IMG/VR virus record: IMGVR_UViG_3300021085_000009
Location: 1 to 64,000 of that record
DNA: 64,000 nucleotides
Source: a virus
Reading direction: 5' to 3' (one strand)
Made by a program: the position numbers and the translations under genes. The first letter of the stretch is position 1. Every line of letters begins with the position of its first letter. Positions 1 to 8,829 of the stretch are shown here, piece by piece. The notes beneath the pieces are model-generated. The model did not search any database, was not told the origin of the DNA, and was given only the letters and a program-made list of their open reading frames with translations.

Positions 1-126
1 TGGCTGAACAATATCTATTTTTACAGGTTTTGTTATAATCTCAACTTCTCTTGGAGCCTGCTGTAATAGACTACAACCACTAATCGTTAAGAGAGCTAAT
101 ACGCTGACTATCTGCTTCAATCGCAT
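1..126 (-). CDS. Putative o-spanin lipoprotein (Rz1-like), truncated at window edge; absent from ORF track
   Basis: Manual translation MRLKQIVSVLALLTISGC-SLLQQAPREVEIITKPVKIDIVQP...: signal peptide with lipobox ISG-C; overlaps the 3' end of the i-spanin-like gene. Confidence 0.75.
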   Translation of the reverse strand, partial: MRLKQIVSVLALLTISGCSLLQQAPREVEIITKPVKIDIVQP

Positions 127-472
127 CGAACACCTCCTTCGTTTGAGCATTTGCTCGGGCTTCTATCATACCAGGTTTTGCACTAGCAAGTTTGGCAATA
201 TTATGTCTTCTAAATATATCTAGATAATCTGCCATTTGTGTTTCGTATTGTTGATTTTGTACTTGTAAACCACTCAAGGCTTGAGTAGTTTGTGTTAGGT
301 TATTTTGAACTGCTTCAATAGTAGCTTTCTGCTCTTTGTCTCTTAGGTCTTGTGCTAAGATGACCTTCCCCTGTTCTTCTAATTTATTCTTCATAGGTAC
401 TACAGAAAACTGATAGTACATAAATCCTGATAAACTCATACTAACAATAATTCCAATCAATATTTTACTCAT
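80..472 (-). CDS. Putative i-spanin (Rz-like)
   Basis: N-terminal TM helix then long Q/L coiled coil; overlaps a downstream lipoprotein ORF. Confidence 0.7.
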   Translation of the reverse strand: MSKILIGIIVSMSLSGFMYYQFSVVPMKNKLEEQGKVILAQDLRDKEQKATIEAVQNNLTQTTQALSGLQVQNQQYETQMADYLDIFRRHNIAKLASAKPGMIEARANAQTKEVFDAIEADSQRISSLND

Positions 473-473
473 A

Positions 474-902
474 TTACTTCAATTTATACTTTTTAATAAG
501 TAATTCCTTAGCTAGGTTCATTACCATATTTGCTTTATCTTCATCTTTTATTTTGTCAAATACGATATCGCCGCCATCGTAATCAAAGAATTTTTCCATA
601 TCATTTAGGCTTTTAATTCTTTCTTTTTTCAGGGCCTTTTCAAGAGAAGGCATAATACCTTTTACATCAGTGTTTACATTTTCTTTAACTTCTTTTCTAG
701 CTTCTCTTGCCTGTCTCTTTGCTAACATTCTTTCTACGAATTTTCTACCTTCTCTGGTACGGCCGTCGTATTTACCTTCAGATTTTTTCTTTCTTTTTAG
801 AAGTGCTTTTTTACCCATAGCGTTTGGAGCCATATCGACTCCGCCACTTGCTACGGAATTAGCAGCAGCATCTTCCCATTGTTTAAAACTTTTATATTTC
901 AT
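474..902 (-). CDS. Putative capsid-internal protein
   Basis: N-terminus MKYKSFKQWE resembles T4 capsid targeting sequence (CTS); basic YDGRTREGRKF segment. Confidence 0.5.
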   Translation of the reverse strand: MKYKSFKQWEDAAANSVASGGVDMAPNAMGKKALLKRKKKSEGKYDGRTREGRKFVERMLAKRQAREARKEVKENVNTDVKGIMPSLEKALKKERIKSLNDMEKFFDYDGGDIVFDKIKDEDKANMVMNLAKELLIKKYKLK

Positions 903-1513
903 CTTTTTATATCCATATTTGTTACATATACAAATTGTTTGGTATTTAAGTGTTTAACCTTGTATATATTTATATTGAATAGTGTATCAGCTGGTTCTGT
1001 CACTTCTGATACTATTACCTTTGTGTTCTTTTTAGCGATAAACTCAGCAGTATCTGGTGATGCTATATCGTTAACTAATATATAAGTGCCTTTATTTAGT
1101 TTATTATTATTCTCAAACCAAGCACTTTCATTAATAGTATCTAAATCCGTTTCTCCAGATTCTATTAATATACTTTTTAATCTTTCACTTGATATTCCAG
1201 TATGTTCTTTAACAAGGAATAAAGCTGCGGCATAAGATGCTAATCTGGTTTTACCAAATGGAACCTTAGCCATTAATTTCTTAACATTAAATACCAATCT
1301 ATGAAATATTGTAAATGCTGATCTTTGATCATTAGTTTCAATTGGTATTTCTGTTCTATATCCATTTTCGTCAACAAGGCCTTGTTTAAAAGCTTCTGTC
1401 TTTTTAAATGGCGTTACTAAAAGTTTAAGAAATCTAATAGCATAAACCATATCTGCACCACGAGACAATAAACCTTCGTTTATTTCGTTTCGTTTATTTA
1501 ATACAGTTCTCAT
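899..1513 (-). CDS. Conserved hypothetical T4-like phage protein, possibly internal head protein
   Basis: 204-aa ORF coupled to neighbours; INE|G candidate gp21 cleavage site. Confidence 0.5.
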   Translation of the reverse strand: MRTVLNKRNEINEGLLSRGADMVYAIRFLKLLVTPFKKTEAFKQGLVDENGYRTEIPIETNDQRSAFTIFHRLVFNVKKLMAKVPFGKTRLASYAAALFLVKEHTGISSERLKSILIESGETDLDTINESAWFENNNKLNKGTYILVNDIASPDTAEFIAKKNTKVIVSEVTEPADTLFNINIYKVKHLNTKQFVYVTNMDIKR

Positions 1514-1881
1514 ATATTTCTTAACCTTTCCACTATATTAGTGTCCATAGGTATTTCTACCTTATCGTTTTCTTTTATAAAATGCAAAAATACTAAAAAG
1601 GTTTTCAATGCTGGATAGTGTGCTTCGTTCACTTTGAACCAAACCATTCTATCAGCAGCTTCAATGCCAAACACATTGTATATTACAATCAGGTGATTTA
1701 GGATTAATCTCTCCTGTAAATCACCTGATTGCTCATACCTCTTTAATAATCTTTTTAAGTATTTAAATCTACTTACATCCTCTATAAATTCATCCACCGA
1801 AATACATTCAGGGTTATTATAATGGTTAGCAGCAAATAGCTTAAAATTCCTACTAGTTAGTTTATCAAATAATTTCATCAT
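1510..1881 (-). CDS. Conserved hypothetical protein of marine T4-like phages
   Basis: YNNPEC...RFKYLKRLL...RLILNHLIVIYNVFG motif; start moved to ATG 1881 just downstream of a late promoter. Confidence 0.6.
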   Translation of the reverse strand: MMKLFDKLTSRNFKLFAANHYNNPECISVDEFIEDVSRFKYLKRLLKRYEQSGDLQERLILNHLIVIYNVFGIEAADRMVWFKVNEAHYPALKTFLVFLHFIKENDKVEIPMDTNIVERLRNI

Positions 1882-1886
1882 ATAGT

Positions 1887-1894
1887 TATTTATA
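1887..1894 (-). promoter_or_regulatory. T4 late promoter TATAAATA
   Basis: Exact gp55 consensus 5 nt upstream of ATG. Confidence 0.7.
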
Positions 1895-1899
1895 ATCAA

Positions 1900-3153
1900 T
1901 TATTTGTTTAAAGTCGGTCCGTATACCTTAGCCTTATATTTTTTAACAATCTTTTGTACATTTCTATCAGCAAGAAACTTAGTTAAAGCGGCTTCATCAC
2001 CGTAAAATTCTAAAGATGCAGGGCCTGATGAACCACCATCAAAGCTAGTTACATGCATTTTCTTAATTTTACTAATTACTTTATCCATAACTGTCATTTC
2101 AGCTTTATTAAATCCAAAGTCATCATCAAATTTATTAGAGCTATTACCTTTAACTACTTCAATACTTGCTCTAGCTTCGAAGCCTCTACGATTTCTATCA
2201 TCATAGTTTTTCATATCTCTAACATCTTCTTGGACAGATTCTAATTTACCTTTCATAAGGCCTGGGAACATGTCTTCAATGTCACCTTTATCTAATCCGT
2301 ATACGTCTGGATCCATTAACATTTTAACAACTTGCTTATGATCACCAGTTACATCAGCAGTACCTTTTCTGGTATCTACTTTAATTTTTACTTTAAATTT
2401 CTTTTCAGCATCTTTAGTTACTTTGCTATCGCCAATCCAGTCAACATCAACTGTAACCTTACCTTCTGATACGATTTCATCTTCTTCATCGTCAGCTTCA
2501 TAATTCTTATCGATATAATCGAAGAATTCTTTTTTCTTGTCGCCTTCGAGTTCAGCAGGTGATTTAACACCAAACTTTTTAAGTGCTTTATCAAAGAAAG
2601 CTTGGTACTTCTTTTGCTTTGCAGATTTTTCTTCTTCTGACATTGTTCCTTCGTTAGCTAAGCGTAATGCATCCTTAACTTCCTTTTCATCAGAAAGACC
2701 TTTTTTCATGGCTTCGATTTTTTTAACAGCACCTGTCATATTACCGCCCATTTTAGAAGCAATTTTGATAGCAGCTTTAACTTGAGATGGAGAAAAACCT
2801 TCAGAAAGTTCTTTATCCATTTCAATAGCTTCTTCATGAAGTGCGTCAACATCTTCTTTTACTACTGAACCATCAGATTTTGCACCAGATTTCTTAACTA
2901 CATGTTTAGCTTTAAAATCTTTTTCGCCTCGTGCTTTTGGCTCTTCAGGAGATTCGTTCTTCTCATGTGTATAACCCTTAGCAGATAAAGCTTTATGCTC
3001 TTCTTCGTTTTTCGCAGTTTCTTCTTTGCCAGTTTCAGGATGATACATCGCATGTGGATACTTTGGTTCTTCCTTAACTGCAGGCTTTTTACCTTCTAAT
3101 ACGTTCTGGACTGCTGCTGCAACGCTTAGAGTTTCTTTATCTTGCAATTTCAT
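1900..3153 (-). CDS. Modular acidic/basic prohead-core or internal (poly)protein
   Basis: K/E-rich; repeated hydrophobic-x-E sites (VLE, VKE, LSE, MSE, VSE, VQE) separating small modules. Confidence 0.5.
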   Translation of the reverse strand: MKLQDKETLSVAAAVQNVLEGKKPAVKEEPKYPHAMYHPETGKEETAKNEEEHKALSAKGYTHEKNESPEEPKARGEKDFKAKHVVKKSGAKSDGSVVKEDVDALHEEAIEMDKELSEGFSPSQVKAAIKIASKMGGNMTGAVKKIEAMKKGLSDEKEVKDALRLANEGTMSEEEKSAKQKKYQAFFDKALKKFGVKSPAELEGDKKKEFFDYIDKNYEADDEEDEIVSEGKVTVDVDWIGDSKVTKDAEKKFKVKIKVDTRKGTADVTGDHKQVVKMLMDPDVYGLDKGDIEDMFPGLMKGKLESVQEDVRDMKNYDDRNRRGFEARASIEVVKGNSSNKFDDDFGFNKAEMTVMDKVISKIKKMHVTSFDGGSSGPASLEFYGDEAALTKFLADRNVQKIVKKYKAKVYGPTLNK

Positions 3154-3166
3154 ATTTTCTCCTATT

Positions 3167-3475
3167 TTATTGCATTATTAACATTCCGGTAATAGTGGTT
3201 GCAGCTGCAGCCATTACTATCCAAAATATTTTATTAATTATATTAATTGTATTTGCATTGTTTACTACGATGCTTTCCACTTTGTCTATTCTATTTATAA
3301 GTAAAACAATCTGCTCTGATTGCTGTTTAGAAAATGACGTAAGTGTTTGAATCTTTTCTTCAGCTCTAGCAAGTGCAATAATTGCTTCAGACATTCTATC
3401 AATTTTTTCTTCTATTCTATCTAGTCTTAAAGCAGCTTCAGCTCTTTGTTGAGATGCGGTGTTGCTATTTGGCAT
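3167..3475 (-). CDS. Coiled-coil protein with C-terminal TM helix (XhlA-like architecture)
   Basis: RLDRIEEKIDRMSEAI heptads; hydrophobic C-terminus IFWIVMAAAATTITGMLIM. Confidence 0.5.
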   Translation of the reverse strand: MPNSNTASQQRAEAALRLDRIEEKIDRMSEAIIALARAEEKIQTLTSFSKQQSEQIVLLINRIDKVESIVVNNANTINIINKIFWIVMAAAATTITGMLIMQ

Positions 3476-3758
3476 GTTTTATAATCCTACAATGTAAGGT
3501 AGTTTTACCTTTTATTAGTCTGTGTCTTTCTCCTAATGGTATATAAAATACCATTCCCTTTTCTATCAGCCAAGGTAAACAATTTTCGTATTGAAATTGC
3601 CATCCTTCACCGTTTAATACTTCTACTTCTCTTAACTCTTTATCTGAGTGCCAAACATATTCTGCATCTTCTTTATCTAAGAAGAACGATCTTTCGATAG
3701 TAGTACTGTTTAATACACTATCGATATATGGATTACCAAAAATAGTCTCCACCACCTT
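3465..3758 (-). CDS. Conserved hypothetical cupin-like protein (true start uncertain, near 3755)
   Basis: VWHSD...GWQFQ...FYIP...HRLIKG cupin-like His pattern; upstream part of the listed ORF overlaps the next gene. Confidence 0.45.
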   Translation of the reverse strand, partial: KVVETIFGNPYIDSVLNSTTIERSFFLDKEDAEYVWHSDKELREVEVLNGEGWQFQYENCLPWLIEKGMVFYIPLGERHRLIKGKTTLHCRIIKHAK

Positions 3759-4101
3759 TAAGCCCCAAGTCCTTTGCATACTTTGGTAATCTACATGACC
3801 AGTATCCTGGTGATAGTTTATCCGTTTTAGTATCGCAGTTATGACGAGATGCAAAGTTTCTTGCAGCATCTCTATCGTTTATTTTAGAGGTTAAACCTCC
3901 CTTTTCGTCGCCAAAATTAATTTTCTTTACGTTTCCAGTTTTTGGATTCTTAACATATACAACATATTTCTTTGGGCCTGAGCTTCTGCTTGGTTTATTA
4001 AGTGCTGGCTCAGGAGCCTCGATCATAGGTTGCTCTAATGGAACATTCCTACCTTCGTATAGTCCAAATCTTTCATCGATGTGCTCTAAAAATTTATGCA
4101 T
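3733..4101 (-). CDS. Conserved basic protein, putative internal protein
   Basis: MHKFLEHIDE CTS-like start; KKYVVYVK..VKKINFG..FASRHNC..YWSC motif. Confidence 0.55.
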   Translation of the reverse strand: MHKFLEHIDERFGLYEGRNVPLEQPMIEAPEPALNKPSRSSGPKKYVVYVKNPKTGNVKKINFGDEKGGLTSKINDRDAARNFASRHNCDTKTDKLSPGYWSCRLPKYAKDLGLKGGGDYFW

Positions 4102-4850
4102 TATCCGTACATCTTCGCGAATTTTTTAAGGTCAAGTGTTTCAAATGAACCACTATCATCAGTAACTTTAAATCCTAACTTACCTTTAATTATTACAGGT
4201 TTAGCGGTATATGTACTCAGTTTACTTCCATTAGAACGCTTTAAACCAGAAATTTCAGAACCGTATATTGATAAACTTTTCATCTTCGGTGGTTTAGCTT
4301 CATTAACGTCTTCTTTAATTTTACCTTTAACTAAATCGTCAAGGTTACTATCTAACCAGTCAATGAATTCGTCTTCATCGTCTCCACGAATCTCACCACT
4401 GGAACTTGCCCAATTACTGAGTTCGTCTTCTGCTTTCTTAGATAGCTCTAGGTTACCACTTTTTTGTGCTTTCTGAAGTTCTCTTTTGTGTTTACGAACT
4501 ATGTCTTGAATTTTCTTACCTTCTTCAACTGTTTCTTCTTTAATCAGCTTATCTACATTCAGGCCAGATTTAAGATTACCGTTTTTATCTACTGCTTTAG
4601 GATACATTTTAGCAATTAAGTCGTTATAACCTACAAGTATATTTAATATATCAGCTTGAATTTCTTTTGTTGAAATACTTTTGATTACCTTTTTAACTGC
4701 ACCAAGGTTGCCTTGATTAAGAGCACGAGCTACTGCTTGATAATCTTTTTGATCTTGACCTGTTTCTTTCTTAGAAAGTCTTGCCACATTTTTCTGGGCA
4801 AGATCTAGGTCTTGTGCGTAGTTTTCGCGAATTGCTTTAAATAGTTTCAT
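4101..4850 (-). CDS. Putative capsid-internal polyprotein
   Basis: MKLFKAIRE start; internal IKE/VEE/VNE sites dividing three modules. Confidence 0.55.
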   Translation of the reverse strand: MKLFKAIRENYAQDLDLAQKNVARLSKKETGQDQKDYQAVARALNQGNLGAVKKVIKSISTKEIQADILNILVGYNDLIAKMYPKAVDKNGNLKSGLNVDKLIKEETVEEGKKIQDIVRKHKRELQKAQKSGNLELSKKAEDELSNWASSSGEIRGDDEDEFIDWLDSNLDDLVKGKIKEDVNEAKPPKMKSLSIYGSEISGLKRSNGSKLSTYTAKPVIIKGKLGFKVTDDSGSFETLDLKKFAKMYG

Positions 4851-4851
4851 T

Positions 4852-5304
4852 TTAGTTTCCTTTAATAGTTCTTACTACTTTACTTATAATCATTTTAGTA
4901 GCAGTAAAATATGCCCAGCCATATCCGTAAAAAATATGAAAGGTATGATTTTTTTCGATAGCGGCTTTACCACCAAATTTCTTAGTCCAATTATCAACGT
5001 ATTCACCTTTATATCTTAAAACAGCATGGGACATTTTCCATTTGCTTGGTCCTACACAACATATACCGGCTTGGTGTGTTAATAACATCCACCACATTTT
5101 TAAATGGCTTTCACCACATAATCTATAAAGAATAGATAAAGAATAATCTTCACAGTCTCCTACGAATTTACCTTCTGCATCTTCAGAATATATAATTTTC
5201 CATGCATCAGCCATACCGTACTGAGTTTTATCCTTTCTGTATTTCCATTTACTGTTAAATGATGATACAATTTTATCTCTTATTTTTACTTCTTCTTTAT
5301 TCAT
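4852..5304 (-). CDS. Transglutaminase-like cysteine protease (BTLCP-like)
   Basis: GDCEDY catalytic motif, downstream HAVL and DN. Confidence 0.65.
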   Translation of the reverse strand: MNKEEVKIRDKIVSSFNSKWKYRKDKTQYGMADAWKIIYSEDAEGKFVGDCEDYSLSILYRLCGESHLKMWWMLLTHQAGICCVGPSKWKMSHAVLRYKGEYVDNWTKKFGGKAAIEKNHTFHIFYGYGWAYFTATKMIISKVVRTIKGN

Positions 5305-5969
5305 TTTTTTTGTCCTTTTATCCACTTAACTGCTAATGAATTTTCTGGTGGTTTCTTAGCCCACTGTTGTATATCCTTATAAGCTTCTAAAGTAGATGTG
5401 TTAATATCTGCATCTGTTGAGTTATCTATTACTGTCATTCTATTACGAAAAAGCCCTTGGAATTTACCAATGTTTTTCTGTACTGATTTCCACATTTTTT
5501 CTACATGCTCATCTGGTAATACTCTATCTCTGCTTTTATTTCGTGCTAATGCAGTTTCTAAATCAGTATTAACAAATATCATATGTACAGCATATCCTAC
5601 AGCTCTAAACTGATCAACATTATCTTTTATTTTAGCGTAATCTTTACCAGTTCCATCTATAACTACTCCTAATCTTCCCTTTAAAGCTAGGGTTAACTGT
5701 TTACCAGTAATAGCCTTAGCTTTGTCTCTTAATGCTTGCCCTTGTGCAGAAAATATATCTTCTGCGTCCATTGTAAGCCCAGCCTTTTTAAGAGAATTTT
5801 CATAATTAGTATCTGAGTTTATAATTTTAAACCCTAATGATGCTAATGATGTTTTACCTACAACAAATGATTTTCCAGAACCTGGACCACCTGCTAGGAA
5901 TACTGCTTTAAAAATAGAAGGATCATTAATACCTTCCATAATATTATAATGTTCTTTAAAACTATCCAC
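5301..5969 (-). CDS. P-loop kinase (zeta-toxin/AAA_33-like) with CTS-like N-terminus
   Basis: Walker A GGPGSGKS, VVIDGTG, lid RNKSRDR; probable GTG start giving MDSFKEHYNIME|G. Confidence 0.75.
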   Translation of the reverse strand: MDSFKEHYNIMEGINDPSIFKAVFLAGGPGSGKSFVVGKTSLASLGFKIINSDTNYENSLKKAGLTMDAEDIFSAQGQALRDKAKAITGKQLTLALKGRLGVVIDGTGKDYAKIKDNVDQFRAVGYAVHMIFVNTDLETALARNKSRDRVLPDEHVEKMWKSVQKNIGKFQGLFRNRMTVIDNSTDADINTSTLEAYKDIQQWAKKPPENSLAVKWIKGQKK

Positions 5970-6192
5970 CGAACTCATGACCTGCAACTCTTTTCATTTG
6001 CTTATTAAATTCTGATTGTGATGGTTTAGTCTTATATAACTTAATAGATAAATGGTCTTTTTCTTTACCTTTAATTCTCCACTCATAACCTTTTTCTTTG
6101 TGCTCAGGCTTAGTTGTTTTTACGACTCTTCTTTTATATCCTGCTTCCCAGGATTCGCTTTTCTTTTCTCTAAGCTCTTTAAATGTTTTCAT
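5962..6192 (-). CDS. Putative capsid-internal protein
   Basis: MKTFKELRE start; very basic 76 aa. Confidence 0.65.
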   Translation of the reverse strand: MKTFKELREKKSESWEAGYKRRVVKTTKPEHKEKGYEWRIKGKEKDHLSIKLYKTKPSQSEFNKQMKRVAGHEFGG

Positions 6193-6425
6193 TTTTTAAG
6201 ATCGTACCTAAATGATTTATCTTTAGCTTGGCCAGCTTTAGTAATACCATATCCAGCCATTTTTGCTAGTTGTTGTAACGCTGGCCAGTTTTTTTCACCT
6301 TGGTTTTTTCTTTTGGCTTTCAGCATATCATTTTTTATTTTATTAAACAACGTATCAATCATATCCATATCGTTCATTACTAATGGTGCTTCGTCAAGAT
6401 TAGATTGTTCCTTAAAAGTTTTCAT
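6189..6425 (-). CDS. Putative capsid-internal protein
   Basis: MKTFKEQSNLDE|A start. Confidence 0.65.
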   Translation of the reverse strand: MKTFKEQSNLDEAPLVMNDMDMIDTLFNKIKNDMLKAKRKNQGEKNWPALQQLAKMAGYGITKAGQAKDKSFRYDLKK

Positions 6426-6426
6426 A

Positions 6427-6714
6427 TTAATCGTCTGACATTGTTATAGCAACTGTCATTAAATTTTTATCAGTTAGCTTTTGTTTGTTTATTTTTAAAA
6501 ACTCAGAATTCTTCATGTATTTTATCATGTAAGGAAATTTCTTTTCTGCGTCCTTTACTGACATAAATTCATGTCTGTCAGTATCAAAAAACTTTGCGAT
6601 ATCCTTTTGGAGTTTTTTATCTTTCATAGTTTTAGCAAATGCTTCAGGAGATTCAGGTGCCCACCCCTTTTCATTGAGTTGACTATTTTCTCTTAATTCT
6701 TTAAATGTTTTCAT
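6427..6714 (-). CDS. Putative capsid-internal protein
   Basis: MKTFKELRENSQLNE start. Confidence 0.65.
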   Translation of the reverse strand: MKTFKELRENSQLNEKGWAPESPEAFAKTMKDKKLQKDIAKFFDTDRHEFMSVKDAEKKFPYMIKYMKNSEFLKINKQKLTDKNLMTVAITMSDD

Positions 6715-6715
6715 T

Positions 6716-7183
6716 TTATCCTCTTACTTTTTTAGCCAAATCGGCATCGGCTTTACCCCAGGTTCCACTGGATTTTGTTACGAATGAATTAACTCTTGCT
6801 AATCCCCATTGTACTGCAGTTGTTCCAGGTCGGTGTCCTGTTTTCCAAGCTGCAACTCCTCTATTAAATACTTGCCTTAATATACCTAATGGCATTCCAG
6901 ACTTATCTGCTTTATCTTTAAGTGCTTTGTCAGGCCCTGAAGCTTCACCAAACATATCTTTAAATTTCTTAGTATGCTGTGAAGGTTTTGTTTCTGCAGA
7001 TTTATCACCTGGAGCTGGCTTACTAGATTTTTTCTTAAAATGAGCTGCTCTCTTTTGCTTAGTAGACTTAGCCATTTCATCGCCTTTAGCATCCTTAGCA
7101 TAATAAGCTTTAGGTTGACTTCCTTTACGATCGCCAATATCTTTATCTTCAGCCTCATTAAAAAATGCTTTAAAATCTTTCAT
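6716..7183 (-). CDS. DUF5824-like putative internal protein
   Basis: MKDFKAFFNE|A start; RGVAAWKTGHRPG..QWGLARVNSF motif. Confidence 0.6.
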   Translation of the reverse strand: MKDFKAFFNEAEDKDIGDRKGSQPKAYYAKDAKGDEMAKSTKQKRAAHFKKKSSKPAPGDKSAETKPSQHTKKFKDMFGEASGPDKALKDKADKSGMPLGILRQVFNRGVAAWKTGHRPGTTAVQWGLARVNSFVTKSSGTWGKADADLAKKVRG

Positions 7184-7479
7184 CAGTGTATATTAACTCC
7201 TAATTGTTTTAATCTTGCTACGACGATATCGTTTGCATCCTTACCAACTTTTCCAGTTTCTGGATGTAAATCATCTAACAATTCATCATCGTAAATAAAC
7301 CCTGCAATAGTATCTAAATAGGCTTGTGATTTATCGTCTCCTACTACTATATCCTTGCTTTTTCTCATGAACATTACAAGTTGCTGTGCGATCTTTTCAG
7401 CCTCATCTGGGTTATCAGAAAATATACCGAATTCCATCGTTCCTTCTAATAATTTAGATCTTAATTGTTTAAAGTTCAT
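7183..7479 (-). CDS. Putative capsid-internal protein
   Basis: MNFKQLRSKLLE|G start. Confidence 0.55.
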   Translation of the reverse strand: MNFKQLRSKLLEGTMEFGIFSDNPDEAEKIAQQLVMFMRKSKDIVVGDDKSQAYLDTIAGFIYDDELLDDLHPETGKVGKDANDIVVARLKQLGVNIH

Positions 7480-8425
7480 CTTTAAAATCCCTAAATGATA
7501 ATTGTTTTTTTCCGTTTTTCTTCTTTTTCTTCTTAGGAACTTCTTCGCCTGGTGTTACCTTTGCGTACTTTTGTGTAACTTTGTCTTCTCCAACTCCGCC
7601 ACAGTTTTCAGCTAGTGCAATATCGTCAAGCCATACTCTTTTAGTTCCAGATTCAAGTTGAATAGTAACATAGTTAGAACCAAGCATTTTAATACTACCT
7701 TGTTCATTTGTTTCTTTTACAGTTACTGTATCTCCTACCTCAAATAAAGTTCCGTCAATATATTCTTCTCTTGTTTCTGACACTGGATCTAATTGAATAT
7801 GTTGTCTAAAATTATTAGATTCTTTCAATCCCATAGCCTTTCGTAACATATTAAATAGGCCTTGTACATCTTTATAGCTTGATGGAACACCTTTAGAAAA
7901 TGAACTAAGATCGTTGTCCTTAGCTGCTTTTCTCATTTTAGAAGCTGACATTCCAGATACATCATCTGAATCTGGATCTCTTTGTCCAGCTGAAATAACT
8001 TTTATTCCACCTTCAAATTGATAGAATCCATGTCTTGCATCAACGCCGTTATATTTATTTAACAGTATTTCAAATTCTTTAACTCGATCATCTCCTGCAA
8101 CCATAGAAACTTTAGTGTAACCTTGATCGTATAACGATACTGCTACGTCCATAGCTGTTCGTATTCCCTTATCTGCCATAACACTTCGTGCATGTTTAGG
8201 AAACATCTTTCTTAATATCTTAACTTTTGTTTTAAAATCAAATGGATTTTTATTTGCATCTTGCGATTGAGATGCGTAAATTCTATATGAACCCTTTGAT
8301 ACTTTCTTTAATTTATCAAATAGTAATTCATGTCCAGTAGTTGGTGGATTAAACCTACCAAACACAAAGGTAATATCCTTTGTATCTTCTACTAAATAAC
8401 TTTTAAACGACTTAATCTCCATCAC
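7469..8425 (-). CDS. HIGH-superfamily nucleotidyltransferase (cytidyltransferase/NMNAT-like) with CTS-like N-terminus
   Basis: FGRFNPPTTGH (T/HxGH), NPF, AGDDR, MSASKMR motifs; start MEIKSFKSYLVE. Confidence 0.8.
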   Translation of the reverse strand: MMEIKSFKSYLVEDTKDITFVFGRFNPPTTGHELLFDKLKKVSKGSYRIYASQSQDANKNPFDFKTKVKILRKMFPKHARSVMADKGIRTAMDVAVSLYDQGYTKVSMVAGDDRVKEFEILLNKYNGVDARHGFYQFEGGIKVISAGQRDPDSDDVSGMSASKMRKAAKDNDLSSFSKGVPSSYKDVQGLFNMLRKAMGLKESNNFRQHIQLDPVSETREEYIDGTLFEVGDTVTVKETNEQGSIKMLGSNYVTIQLESGTKRVWLDDIALAENCGGVGEDKVTQKYAKVTPGEEVPKKKKKKNGKKQLSFRDFKDEL

Positions 8426-8808
8426 TTCCCCATTCTATCTAATACTGATTGTTCAGCTTTTTGTTTTTTTAACTTATCTCTATCTGCTTGTTTAACAGAA
8501 GGAAACAGTTTTTTAGCAATCTTTTTAATTGCACCTTGTTTTTTGGCTACTTGTTTTTCAAGTGAAGCCCTTTGAGCAAATCCTAAATCAGCTTTAGTTT
8601 TGTTCTTTAAAATCTTTTTAATTATTAGGTTTTTGGCTTGTTTTTCAGCTCGTTTCTTAAGCTGTTCAGGGGAGGCTAGTTTTTTGGCAGCTTTCTTTTT
8701 ACCAAGCATAATCTTAGCTTTGTTTTTTCGAGCTGCAGCTTTCATCTTATTACGAGTAGCAATAGACAAAGCTTCGTTTTTTGATGTGAACTCTTTAAAA
8801 GTTTCCAT
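8422..8808 (-). CDS. Highly basic putative internal (DNA-binding) protein
   Basis: METFKEFTSKNE|A start nearly identical to T4 IPI MKTFKEFTS; very Lys/Ala-rich. Confidence 0.65.
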   Translation of the reverse strand: METFKEFTSKNEALSIATRNKMKAAARKNKAKIMLGKKKAAKKLASPEQLKKRAEKQAKNLIIKKILKNKTKADLGFAQRASLEKQVAKKQGAIKKIAKKLFPSVKQADRDKLKKQKAEQSVLDRMGK

Positions 8809-8829
8809 ATTTCCTCGGTAAGTATCCCA

